Source of the DNA: Zancudomyces culisetae HAW-14-8
Taxonomy: Eukaryota; Fungi; Kickxellomycota
Assembly: GCA_052426225.1 (NCBI GenBank)
Contig: JBNJNM010000011.1
Coordinates: forward strand, 4,960,001-5,024,000
DNA length: 64,000 nucleotides
Direction of reading: 5' to 3'
Part shown: piece by piece, positions 48,802 to 61,900 of the stretch
Numbering within the stretch: position 1 is the first letter of the stretch
Layout: each line of letters starts with the position of its first letter
Position numbers and translations under genes: made by a program
The notes under the pieces: model-generated
Seen by the model: the letters and a program-made list of their open reading frames with translations, nothing else
Told to the model about the DNA's origin: nothing
The model's database searches: none

Positions 48802-50499
48802 TTAGGCATTATAAGTAGAGGATGAGATCTCACCACCGTGGCCGGTCCAGTTGGTGTGGACCCAGTTTCCAGGCTTGTCCTCAAGCTCGTAGGTGTGAGC
48901 ACCAAAGTAATCACGCTGAGCTTGCAAGAGGTTAGCTGGCAAGCGGGCACATCGGTATCCATCATAGAAACTCAATGCTGTCGACATGGCTGGGCATGGG
49001 ATTCCTGTAGCAACACAGTCCAAAACAGCGTTTCTCCATCCGGATTGGGCTGTAGCTGTGGCCTGCTTGAAAAAGTCTGCAAACAAGAGTGATTCAATGT
49101 CTGGGTTGACGTCAAATGCATCCTTGATTTTACCCAAGAAGCTTGAGCGAATAATACATCCACCACGCCACATCAGAGCAATTGATCCAAACTGGAGATT
49201 CCAGTTGTATGTCTTGGAGGCTTCACGCATCATCATAAATCCTTGAGCGTATGAAATGATTTTGCTAGCATACAATGCCTGCTCCAAATCATCAACCTTC
49301 TGTTGTGTTACGGCTACTTTGGGTGCTTCTGTTGGCCCATGCAGCATCTTGGATGCACGAACACGCTCACTCTTCAATGCTGACAAGCACCGTGCAAACA
49401 CTGCTTCACCAATCAGTGTCACTGGAATTCCTCCATTCAATGCTTCAATAGCTGTCCACTTACCAGTACCCTTTTGTCCGGCAGTATCGCGGATCTTTTC
49501 AACCAATGGTGAACCATCTGTGTCCTTGAACTTGAGGATATCACGTGTAATCTCAATCAAAAATGAATCCAAAACACCATTGTTCCATCGATCAAATACA
49601 CTTCCCATCTGATCATCACTCATCTTGTACACGTCGCGCATCAGCTGGTATGCCTCACAGATCAGTTGCATATCTCCGTATTCTATTCCGTTGTGTACCA
49701 TCTTCACAAAGTGTCCTGCTCCTCCTTCTCCTACCCACTCACAGCATGGTGAGCCGTCTGGTGCCTTGGCTGAAATTGCCTGGAAAATATCCTTGACGTG
49801 TGGCCATGCGTCCTTGTTTCCTCCTGGCATAATACTTGGTCCGTATCTTGCTCCCTCTTCTCCTCCACTGACTCCTGTTCCCAAATATAGAATACCCTTT
49901 CCTTTCAAATCTTCGTATCTTCTCTGTGTGTCAGGATAGTGTGAGTTTCCTCCGTCAATAACAATATCCCCTTCCTCCAAGTGTGGCAAAAGATCGTCAA
50001 TAAGGTCATCTACTGGCTGTCCAGCTTTTACCATAACCATGATTCTTCTTGGTCTCTTCAGCTTGGAACATAGCTCCTCGATGCTGTGTGCTCCAACTAT
50101 GTTGGTTCCCTTGGCTTCATTTTCCAAGAATCTATCCACTTTGGATGTTGTTCTGTTGAATGCACAAACCACGTATCCGTGGTCGTTCATGTTCAAAATA
50201 AGATTTTGACCCTATTTGACATTTTTGGTTTTTTCAATTTATTGTTTCTTTTTTTACAAAGAGAATGAAGTGAGTAATTTATTGCAGTATATTGCATCTA
50301 TACAATATCTAACACATTTTTTTCACTTTTATTCATGTTTAAAATGCTTACCATAACGGCCAAACCAATTAATCCAATATCCGCACTATTTTTGTTTAGC
50401 AATTTATGATTTCATTTTTTAGCTCTATTTTTGTAGCACATTGCCTCCTACTGTATATTATCTAGCTATTCAGGTATAAGACACTTACACTGCTGCCAT
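48802..50499 (-). CDS. GND1: 6-phosphogluconate dehydrogenase, decarboxylating, 3 exons
   Basis: Exons 50499-50489, 50385-50352, 50211-48802 give MAAVADIGLIGLAVMGQNLILNM. GVSGGEEGARYGPS, GHFVKMVHNGIEYGDMQ, GQKGTGKWT, QAQRDYFGAHTY. Confidence 0.97.
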
Positions 50500-52877
50500 T
50501 TTCTTTTAAATTTGCTTTTACAATTTGTTCAATTCCTATATATCCTTACAAGGCTTTGATATTATTACCGAAGCTCCCGTTTTCCTCCTTTTAAATCAGT
50601 TTTTTTTGGATTTTTGTGGAAAAAAAAACAAAACATTACAGCAAATAATTCACTAAAAAATTTTTAGCTTGATATTCCAAAAGCTAAATTTGAATTCCAG
50701 CATAATTTTCTGGTTTTTCTAGGCTCTTATTTGCTTTCCCCATTTTTAATGCTTAATAATTGTTTTTTTTTTGCAATGTTAATTCATTAATAAGCAAGCA
50801 AATCCCTGTATTATCCACAAAAAGAAACCTATTTTTCTCCTCAGCCAACTGTTGTTTTTCTAGAAGGGGAAATAGTTTGCTGCCTAATTAGCAAAGTAAA
50901 TGAAAATAAAGAAGGACCAACTGTGCTGGGTTTTGTGCATAGTCCTAGTGCCGATTAAAGCTTTTTTTTTCGCTATGTATGTTGCAAATCAAATTAATCA
51001 GCCAATTTGGTGTTGCTCATGTATCTTTTTGGCTGAACATGCACATTTTATGCAGAAATGCTCATATACTTTGCCACATGTAAAGTGCGAATAATAACAC
51101 AAGAAAACTAGCCATAATGCCCCTTTTTTCTCTTGCTGACATTGTTTATGAAATAAAGTGCTGTATTCTCTTCTTTTAAGGCTTCCCAGGGGCGAAATCG
51201 AACTACCCTATCTTTTTTACCTTTTTATGCTTCAATGAACCTAAGCACTTTTGTTTTTTTTTTTGTTATGGCTCTCTTTTATGACACTGGTGTTTTGTTA
51301 ACAGCTATACGCCTAGATACCATATTGCAAGGGTTATGTGCTTTATCAGAGAGCGGAAATCGATGGATATATTTAGCCCATTCCCTTTTGTTTTGTTTTG
51401 TTTTCTTTTCTTTTCTTTTCCTACTTTAATAACAAAAATGCGAATATAATTCAGGCTTTCCTTTCTCACCCCTCCCCCTTCCCTGTTATCCATAAACATA
51501 ATAAATCACATTTCTCATCGTATATTCGCTTCATCAAATCATCCATTAAAGCAATTTTATTCGCAGCAAATTCAATCCTTCTTATCTCACAAAATCAATC
51601 AGTCAATCAATCAATCAATCAATCCCTATATTACGCCTTTACTAGCGTTTATACGTTATTATTGTCTCTGAGTTTTATTTTGTTATTTTCATTTCCATAT
51701 ACTCTAATTTATTTGGAACATTTATTTTTATCGATGAAATTACACTTTTTCAAACCGAACTGAATGTGCTAATAGGGATTGTGTATTACATATACAACAT
51801 GGAGTTTCCAAAAAAAAAAAAGACATAAACAAAAAAAACCAAGCATCTGCAAAGCCTAACTTTTTAACACCTACTCTCCCATCAATATCCCAACCAATTT
51901 CTTGGATACATCATCAAGTACACTTATAAAAAAATATCGATTTTCACAATTAACTTGTGCATCCATTAAAGTTTCAGATCCAGAGCATAATTTTCGATGC
52001 AACTCATTCATTTTTCCCCATTTTTATTTTGGTAAAAAATAAAAGGGAAGGGAGGGGAAGGAGAGAAGCAATATTTTATCAAAGTATTCTCAGTTACTGC
52101 CAATCTCATCTGCACATTGCTGAACGATAAAACTATTGGGTACAAAAAAGAAAAAACATTACCACTCACCCCTATCGCGTGTGACTTGACCAAGTAAACC
52201 GTACCTGTTAATCTGAGCCGTTTGAAATACTACCATGTACTCATACGGACCTTGAGGTGAGTTGCACATGTTCTCACATATTGATAATGTGTCTGTTTTT
52301 ACCTACCCTAAGACATGAGCGAAAACAACACACAACACACAACACACAACACATAGCCTTTATAGCCTTTCGATACATTTAGTGGTATTACAAAACGAGG
52401 AAATGGTGTAATTTTCATATATGTAGACCGAAGTGTATACGAGAAAAAGGTTCTCTTTTTTAGCAAGAGTTGCACTTGATGCAGGTATAAATCGATACTC
52501 CTGTCATCTTTAGCTCAAAGGTTTATTTATTCCTGAACATCAATAGCCTCAATTAGTAATGTTTTTTATAAGTTTATTGAGTAAGTACATTTTGAACCCG
52601 GGGGTATTTACAAGTATCAAGGTATACCATTAGTTGACTTGAACTTTGAAATCTCCTGCCTTCTCGAAAAAAACAAAAAGAAATTCCGATCCCACATCGG
52701 TATTAACTCAGCTATGCTGTGTGTGGGTGTACGTTGGAATTCATAATTGTACTGTCTCTTGCCTCTTTTTTTTTGAGAGAAAATGTCCTCCACTCCAATT
52801 ACAATTACGTACAATAGCTTTACTCGCATCTAAATAACTCGTTAACGGCAGAGTTTGTTGCGGTGTATGCAGTTAAT

Positions 52878-53879
52878 CTAGTACAAGAAGTCGCGCTCAG
52901 ATATGTCTTTAATAATCCATTCAATTCCTTCAAAAACCCCCTTGCTTTTTATTGCGCTACACGGCATAATATTCCAACTGTGCCCTTTTATTTTTCCTAG
53001 CTCCAATACCTATACATGTACATTATCCCGCACGTGCTCATTTGTGTATTTTTATCCAAAAAAAAGATCAAAACTGCAAATGTGTATTTCAACCACAATA
53101 CAACCAGTTGGTTGATCACTTACCGTAGATATTTCTTCGGGTGACAGTGCACTATCCACGTCTTGTTTATTTGCCAGTATCAACAGTGATGCACCTAAGA
53201 GTCGCTGTTCGTTCAATATGGAGGATAATTCAGACCAACAGTCCTCCAACCTTCCACTATCAGAGGAGTCTACCACCCACACTATCCCGTCCGTCTTTTC
53301 AAAATAGTTTTTCCAGTATGGCCTGATTGAACGTTGTCCTCCAATATCCCACGCATTAACGTTAAATCTAGTTGGTTAGATATATATGACAGATACAGAT
53401 ATAGTTACAGATACAGTTTTTTTTTTGTGTCCCAATTTGATAAAAATAAAGGTTGTATGGATCCCGAATCAATCCTTAAGTCTTTGTTATTGTAGAACTA
53501 AATCAACCACACGCTCCAAATATTAAAAATATAGTGAAGATATCATACCCATTATATTCAAAAGTTTCGATATTGAAGCCCAATGTCGGCGAGATTTCAA
53601 ACACATTTTGCTTTGTTATACTTTTAACCACTGTCGTTTTTCCCGCATTGTCGAGTCCCCTATAAGAATTTGTCGTTTTTAAAAAAAAGAAAAAAGAAGG
53701 TAAATAATATAAAATGATTTTCTTTTCTTTTCAAACAGGTAGGACAGAGATATTGAAAGAGAGTTGTAAAACTCAATTTGTGATAATTTAAATTGACAAG
53801 GTGCAGAAACTTACAAAAACAAAATTCGAATATCCTTTTCTTTTCTCTTGAGCTTTCTAAGTGTAGTTAAAAACCCCAT
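52878..53879 (-). CDS. ARL2: ADP-ribosylation factor-like GTPase 2 (Arl2/Alp41/Cin4), 4 exons
   Basis: Exons 53879-53815, 53659-53549, 53367-53124, 53009-52878: [31 protein letters not shown]...ISPTLGFNI...[22 protein letters not shown]...[15 protein letters not shown]. Confidence 0.92.
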
Positions 53880-54420
53880 GTCCTTTTACAAGTCCCAATT
53901 CGGCGCCTTTTTGCTTGTTTGTTTGAAGGAAGCTTTTGTAGAATCGAAATGAAAATTATGATTATTTTTGGAGAATGATCCATTGGTTTCTTCTATCTTC
54001 AATGAAATTAAAAATAGTCTGTGAACCAAAAATTGCATATTTTGGTCCAACATTAGCCGTTTTTAGCATAAGTATGATTTGGGTAAAAGCACGGCAACAA
54101 CAACCTTTCGATTCATATATATTCAAGTTACCTTCTGATAATACGGCAAGTAGTGTTGCCCCTATTCTCCAATATTTTAAACTTTGACCTTTCTATACCC
54201 TACCCCCTTCTAAAAAGGTATAACCAACACCTGCAAGAGTCGATTTTAAATAACATTTGTGTTTATACGGTATGTTTTTCCAAGTAGATACTCACATAGC
54301 TACAAATGATTTGAGTACAGTTCAACTGTAGAAAGTCATTAATGATTTGTATGAAATGCGAATTAAAAGCTATAGCTAGAAAAATAAAGAAACATTAAAA
54401 TGGGAAAGCAAAGTAAAAAG

Positions 54421-55920
54421 TTAGAAGGATTCTGGTAAATAAAGAATGTTTCTACTACTAGAAGCTCTTGTACCATTGATCACGTTTGGCGTTGAAAGCG
54501 CAACAAGTTTATCTTTAAGAGCGGTTGGTGATAAAGAAGGATCGTTTGCAACAAGTAGTGCGGCGGCACCAGACACGATGGGTGCTGCAAATGATGTTCC
54601 CGAAACCGTAGTTGTACCCGTGTCTGAAGATATACTAGCGGCCATCACGCTTACACCTGGTGCATATATAGGTACGCACTGACCATAGTTTGTATCGTAG
54701 GCATATCCGTCGTATCTATCTACCGAACCAACAGCAATGGTAGCACCCGAACCGGTGGGCGAAGTTATACAGGCATTTTTGTTGTTGTTTCCAGCAGCAT
54801 TAATTATTGGTACACCAGCCTGTTGAGCAGCAACAGCTGCTTCATTCAAAAAGGTGTTTGTACTACCAAACACAACGGAATATGAAATTAAACTTCCTAA
54901 TCTACCATCAGTTGCGTTGGTGGCCTCGGCAATAACATCACCAACTGCTTGTGCAAACCAACTTAACATTCCAGTAGAGTCTTTTCTTGTTACTTTGTAA
55001 CTAATAAGCTTTACCTTTTTAGCCACACCCAGATTTTTTCCACCAATAAGTGAAGCAACAGCTGTTCCATGACCGTTAAGGTCATCATCAGGTTCAGGTG
55101 TTGAAGTGTTGTCGTTGACGTAGTTTTTTCCGTAGCTCGCACGACCCTCAAATTCTGCATGACTTATCTTTATACCACTATCCAAAACGTACACTACCAC
55201 TCCCTCACCAGCGCTTGAAGGGTAGTAATAACCTTGTCCATAAGGATAGAGTATACTTGGACGATCGGTATTCACAATCCTGTCTAGGCCCCAATGTGGA
55301 TTTCTTTGGAAGGACAACTGTGTATTTGAACGCTTTCTCTTTGTAAAAAGTGACACACCGACATCTTTGTATTCAGCTCTATCAAACATTGACGCATAAT
55401 CATCACTGGTCGCATTAACGGTTTCCATTTGGTACTCCACCATCCCATCGATTTGAACGTACTTTAAATATGCTTGTGATGTTATAAACTCCAATGTCTT
55501 TTGCGTAATTGTGCACGGATATGATGCAAATAACCCGCTAATGTTTACAATACTTTCAGGGTTGATCTTGGTACTCTGTGGATCGCTGGAATCTATATAG
55601 TCATTAACTTTTTGTATATGCTTTTGTACAGCGAGCTGGATCAATTGGGTATTATATTCACTACTGTTGGGGTATTTTCCTTTCAAACTACTGAGTTCAT
55701 TAGATGTAGCCCAGGTAGTTGCGTAGTATGTTATTGACCCCGTATTGAATATAACATTGTAGTCCTTTGTATCTGGCTCCAAACCCCTGTTTTTCATATT
55801 AAATACACTTCCATCGATGTTGTATATTGGCAAGAGTGCGCCAACTCTTGAAAACATCAAAACACATGATAGTGTTATAAAAACACGACCAAGACTAGCT
55901 GATGTTAAATATTGTAACAT
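54421..55920 (-). CDS. Secreted subtilisin (S8, proteinase K-like) with propeptide
   Basis: Signal peptide, propeptide, PHWGLDRI, catalytic triad VYVLDSG / DLNGHGTAVA / SGTSFAAP, oxyanion-hole AAGN. Confidence 0.93.
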   Translation of the reverse strand: MLQYLTSASLGRVFITLSCVLMFSRVGALLPIYNIDGSVFNMKNRGLEPDTKDYNVIFNTGSITYYATTWATSNELSSLKGKYPNSSEYNTQLIQLAVQKHIQKVNDYIDSSDPQSTKINPESIVNISGLFASYPCTITQKTLEFITSQAYLKYVQIDGMVEYQMETVNATSDDYASMFDRAEYKDVGVSLFTKRKRSNTQLSFQRNPHWGLDRIVNTDRPSILYPYGQGYYYPSSAGEGVVVYVLDSGIKISHAEFEGRASYGKNYVNDNTSTPEPDDDLNGHGTAVASLIGGKNLGVAKKVKLISYKVTRKDSTGMLSWFAQAVGDVIAEATNATDGRLGSLISYSVVFGSTNTFLNEAAVAAQQAGVPIINAAGNNNKNACITSPTGSGATIAVGSVDRYDGYAYDTNYGQCVPIYAPGVSVMAASISSDTGTTTVSGTSFAAPIVSGAAALLVANDPSLSPTALKDKLVALSTPNVINGTRASSSRNILYLPESF

Positions 55921-57389
55921 TTTTGTATAGTTTGTCGTTTGTTATCTAAGTAGTGTTTATTTTGATCTTCTCTAAGATGTTGAAGGGAAGGAACACAGAG
56001 TTGATATTTATTGCGCTGTATTTATGCTTTGGTTACTAGTGTTTTTTATTTTAAATTATGAATATATTAATGCGTTAAAGTATGCTTATTGCTTTTCGAA
56101 AGAGGTGTAACATTAGGATGGTATAGTGATGATTTATACTTCTAAAATTTGATGTTTTTTCAGGATGTCCAGCTGTTTGCTTTCTTTCTGACGGTTATTA
56201 GCACAAAACGCAAAAAAAAAATTTATTCTGAAAAATGGTGCCTGTACTTAGAATTTTATGGTGGCAATTATAAATGTCTATATTTAAATATTAATAAGCA
56301 AATACAACACCTGCCAACCATAATGCCTTGTTGTTGCCGGCTTAATTATAATTGTAGTATTAATGTTCGCTTACTAACGTGCTAAATTTGTCTTAACTAT
56401 ACAAAATACACAAATTTTATAGTAATTATGTAATTATATATAATTTCTAAAAATAGAGCCCAGCAAGAGCAAATAGGCATCATGAACTAGATAGTGTCAA
56501 ATATAGACAAAACACCAACTACACCAAAATATGACTATGAAGCTACACTGATACTAAGTTTGACCAATTAAACAAATCCAAGCTGCAATATTTAATATTA
56601 TGTCAAGAAGCGCCATCTAAATGCGTTTATCGTTTTATTGGGGCAACCTAAACTTAGATATAACGTAAAAAAATAAATTGAAATATTTTCTAAATAAAAC
56701 TCGTTGCTGCATTTGCAGTCCCTTATTACTTTTTACAAGGCTTAACGAGGGTTACTCATGTAGTATTAATGACATATAGTTTCTAAACCTTCTGAAAACC
56801 TTCTGAAAATCTGCAAAGTAAATTTGGAGTAATCCTAAATATAAAAACATTTTTGCTTTTTCTCATTTTGGATTTCTTTATTAACATCAATCTGAGTTTG
56901 TGACTTGAATTTGACAAACAAGATAGGATGACAGTTCAACACCAGTCTTAGATGCTAAAGTTATGAAGGATCCAAGTAAACCAATATGTATAGGATTGCT
57001 CTAACCGCATAGCTTTGGCAATCTCGAGTTCATACTTGGATTAGAAATGTAAATATATTTACATACCATACTATTTAAAAAGAAAATAGCCAAAGTAGGG
57101 CGACTATGATTCGTATATTCATGAGTGGACCCTTTTAGATATGATTATCTATGATAAATAAATGTTTATCTTGATAGTTTCATTTCAAGGTATCATTATA
57201 CATCACTAGTGCTAGTAACAAACAGTTCTTGGGAAGAGAGACGGGTATTTAAAGATGTATTCGTTTATGCAAAGTCATCATCTAATGGGACGATAAACCC
57301 CGTTCCAAAGTAATACAAAGATCCAATTATATTTACTCGTGGCATATGTGCAAAAAACTGCAAAAAAATGTTATTTTTAGAAAAAGTGA

Positions 57390-58940
57390 TTACTTCTTTT
57401 TTATGAATTTTGCTTGGAGCCAGACTCTGTGCATTTTTATCCTTCTATGTCGGTTTACAATCAGACGCCTATCTATCCCATTTTGTACAATCTCAAATTT
57501 TTCAGAGAAGAGATCGCTCAATTCTTGGTTTGTAAAGAAATAAACCCTGGTTCCATCTCCCCTAATATAAAAGTTTTCGTCAAGAAGTCTATTTCCTTTG
57601 AACCGTAACTGCACCATGTCGTTTCTACCATAATCCCTAAACAGAAGAGTTCCTCCAGGTTTCAACAGGGAGCATAGGTTGTCAACCGCCTGTTTCCAGG
57701 TAGATGGATGTACAGCTGATAGCACAAATATACATAAAATATAGTCCATTGAACCAGGAGTTGCTTGGGTAGGGAGACTATCACTTGTGATGTCCCATAC
57801 AAATGCTTGACACCGCCCATCATTGTATAATGGATTATCCTATTAGGGTGTCGGTAGTCATAATGAGAATATAATACCTTATAAATATGATTACAGGAAA
57901 AAAAAATCAACAATATAGATGATATACCCCACCTTTACTACGTCAACTGCAGTCTTTGAGTAATCACACGCAAATATCCGCATCCTACTATCACTGATGC
58001 TTTGAAGCAGTGGAAAAACTGTGTTTCCAGCACCACAACCGAGTTCCATAATGTTCACAGTACCATCCACATCCTCATTCGTATCCTGCTTTTGTTCGAT
58101 GTCTGTTTCTGGCTTAGCTTCAGTTTTACATGTTATTTCAGGAGACACTTCGCTATTTCTCTGCTCAACCATTTCGTCTCCATCTCCGTCCGTGTTTTCC
58201 TTTTTGGCGTTTGCTTTGACATCTTTAGGAATTGTGTAGTGCTTAGTCCATGAAAAAAGCTCAGGAAATTCGATGTATAACCAGTATCTATCCTTAAAAA
58301 ATCTATTTTGATTGCTGCTGTAGAAATCATTCCAGAATTTACTCGGATTTTCGTTGTAATACTCTATTTTTCATTTCAATAGTGTACGTATAATTAGGTA
58401 TAATTCTTCTAATTGGATCGATTTCTTGTCAAAAATTATACTTAAACCATGCACAAAAGTTGGGTTGAATAAAAATGTGTACAAATGTTAAAAAGATTTC
58501 TTAAAAAAACTGTTAAATACCTTTCTTATCTTCAGGTACTGGGTTTTCTCGATGGAATTCAAGTCTTAATTCTGCATATTTATTGTATTCCTCATCGGGC
58601 TCTACATTATCCCTATTTTTTATCAAGCAAACAAGCTCTAAGTAAAAGTAAAGCATGTGGCGAGTAAAGATAGATGCTCGATTTCCGAATTTATCTGCCG
58701 ATTATAAAACTCATGACATAACCTGTGAATGAGTGCAGCAATAATAACTTACCATGCATTATATAGAAAAACATCCTGATCCTGAGTAAGAAGTCGCACA
58801 CCGAATGGGCTTGTTGTATCTATTTCCTCATCATTCTTAATCAAAACATCTCCATCGGTCTGAATTTTGCCTTCACCACTCCTCTCCGGTGTGTTTTCTG
58901 CATCCCTGACGCTTGAGTATCTTTTTCCACCGTTTAACAT
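57390..58940 (-). CDS. TRM140: tRNA N3-methylcytidine methyltransferase (Trm140/METTL2), 4 exons
   Basis: Exons 58940-58753, 58612-58521, 58363-57933, 57839-57390: FGVRLL..NAWDNV, FWNDFY..NRFFKDRYWL..EFPEL, ELGCGAGNTVFP, IFVLSAVHP, FRDYGRNDMVQLRF, FYIRGDGTRVYFF. Confidence 0.93.
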
Positions 58941-61900
58941 TATATAATTAAATTCTTTGTGTTTTTAGACACCAATTTCTTCCCTTCTTGTTGATATAGC
59001 TGGAACTTGTACAAAAGCTTTTTGTAAAAATGGTGCAAGTCGTTTTAGTCTTGTAAGGAGTTCTCCCTCTCATATTGCCAAAATCGCGAAAAAATTTTTT
59101 TTTAATTTTTGTACAGAAAGTGCTATTGGTCTATTAAATTTTAGAAACATTTGAAATGATACTAACCGATTTTGTGAGCATACTTAACACTAATCATGGA
59201 ACTCTACGCTATTTTGATTCAATTTTATATCTTTCTATTTCTTGATCAACTAGGCAATTTTCCATAATTATATCCCAATGCACATTAATAAATGTGGTGA
59301 ATTTTTTCTCTCGAGTTACGTGGATCCAAATTATAAGATGGTCATGTGGTTTTTTATAATGATTTCCTTTTGTAGAGATAGCTTACGGAATCTGGCTCAA
59401 TGTGATATAGGCGCTTTATGGTCCACTAAAACTAAAAAAGGAAGAGGATGGCATAATTATTACTGTACCAGCCAAAAAAAACTAATATTTTTCGAAATTA
59501 ATATATTTTTCTATCCCTTTTAGTTGTTGAACAGTTCAAATGGAGCAGTATTATGCTATTGCAACTATTACTTACCTACAGTAAGCCCAATTCATTTGAT
59601 TTAACGGCCTTTTCTATTATTATTTAATTTTTACTAGCGATGAATTTAGCTGGAGTGTGGATATGTGTGTCTTTTTCTTCGCTACTGACTTTAGTTTCAA
59701 GGGCTTTGATGCAAAACCATTTACTTTAATCAATACCAGACTTTCTTGGACTTGATAATCGTTTCTTTATGTAATTGGGTATCGCTGGTATTGTATGAAA
59801 TAGTATTTCTCTCCATTTAGAAATATTTGCGTAACATAAGACTGTTCAGTCATTTAACTGTTTTTTGCCTTTATAGAAACAATTAACTTTGTAAGGTAGC
59901 TTATAGTTGACGTTTTAGGAAAGACCCTGTTACCAATTTTTTTGTTTGCTGAATTCATTAGTAAATATCATATAAAACTACAAAAAATAATGTTACTGAT
60001 TTCAGTTAAAAAAAAAACAACGGTAAAAGAAAAAAAGTGATGTTGTTTAGGTGTGTTTAGGGGTGATGAACTGGTGAGTTTGTGAGTTGTTGACTTGGAG
60101 AAAAGTGAACCAAGGTGAATTTTTCTAAATTAAAAAGCCTTTTTAAAAGAAAAGTACATGAAGTACGAGTCATTTGACGCTCATTTATTAGCTAATGGTA
60201 CTATAACTTCAAAGTACAATGTAAGCGAAATTTCTTGAAAATGCCTGGAATGTGTAAAACAACCATCTTTTTGAATTAAAAGAAAGGGACAATTCGAGTA
60301 ATTTAGGAATTTAAACACATCCACTTCGAAATATAATTTAACCTAGGTGTTGGGATGCACAAGACAAATACAGGAACAAATAAGTTGGAAAATAATTTCA
60401 GTATTAGATAAGAGTTACTACGTATAAGCAAATCGGCTATTTAGATTATTAGCTTGCGACTAAAAAACGTCTCGGCAGCAAAATATTTTCAATATTCTAC
60501 TGAAAAAGTCAATTTAATGTTAGTATAATGACTAGTGGTGTGAGAAAGATGGTACATTGTTGTGGGTTTCTTGTTGTACAAATTATGATTGGTACCACAG
60601 ATATCTTTATTGCACACTGTATACACCACAATCAATAAATGACTAAAGTCCGCATAAAGATAATTGAAGTAAATACAGCTATCCATCAGGTCAACATGAC
60701 TTTTTCTTTTATAAGAAAATTTAAAGAGTTTCAGCTTCATGACATGTGGCAGACTAGCACAAAAAACGATCGAGTCGCGTACTCACAATCAATTTGAGGG
60801 TGTTAAATCAAAACAGACTTTTGGCAATGTAGTAGCTTGGTTTTCAGTGAACAGAAAATACCAAAATGTAAATACGTCTTAATTACTCTATCGCAAAGTG
60901 GTTCTAAAATTATGTTAATAATCACACTTGAGGGAAGAATCAAAAGTGTTGGGTTTCCAGTAAGCTATATTCACCAATAAACATAAAACCAATCATTTTC
61001 CTGTCTCATCCACTTTTGAGTAAAAAAGACGTGTAAGATATCAGATCAATTATATCGCTTATCCCCTTCTATTTAAAGTAGTAATGTGTAGTTTGATCTT
61101 TCGCAGTATTATTTCCACTACAAAATAAAATATCCATTTTTTGATTCTCATTATAAAAGGTGTGGCATGATGTGGTTTTGTAGAAGAGTTTTTTGTAAGG
61201 AAAAGATAGAGTGTGGCTGGGGGGAGTAGGCTTATTGATATTTACCAGTTCTACAGCCTTTAAAAAAAAACCAACCTAAAGAAAAGATGTGAAACAAGAT
61301 CGGATATCGGACAGTGAGAAGGGGGGGGGATGAGGTACCAAAAGGATTCGACTTGGAATAAACTAAACGTGTTAGTGGTCATGCTATGCTTTCTTGTATG
61401 TATTTTTCAACTGTTATTTTGTTAAAGTGTTTATTGATGCATGTTTCAAAAGGGAGTGTAAGGGGCAGAAATTTAAAAACCAATGTTTACAACAACACGA
61501 TATCAAGAAATAGGGCATTGCCTTTTGGTTGCTCTTTTGACTCCATCCCTGCTTTAGCTTTTTTATATTTAGTATTGTATAGACATTACATAATTGTCGC
61601 AAATTTACAAGAAGGTTTTGAGATTTGTGTCTATCCCTTAGTTGCTTTGTTTTCTGTATCAACTTTTTACAATATTCCCAAGAAAAGGTTCCGTTCAACT
61701 ATATCGTTTTGGTAACCAAAAAAAAACATTGTTGAGGTTACCTAATTAAGAATTTTGTTGAACAAAAAGCTATCTTTTTTCAGCAACATGAGAAAACGGT
61801 TAGAACCACCATTACCATCATTTCATTCATAAACATCAGTGATGAGCAAGTTGGTTTGTCTGACCAAAATAGGCACTGGCTTGAAATTTTAATTTATCCA

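Noticed and set aside
16067-50268. Numerous antisense or alternate-frame ORFs overlapping SKN7, REI1, ClpX, SRP68, TAL1 and GND1
   Set aside because: Shadows of codon bias and microsatellites within real genes.
51634-51646. CGCCTTTACTAG similar to U5 snRNA loop 1
   Set aside because: Only three T's (invariant loop is GCCUUUUAC) and no supporting stem or Sm site.
57390-58940. Possible ABP140-style +1 frameshift in TRM140
   Set aside because: Four exons splice into one continuous frame, so no recoding is needed.
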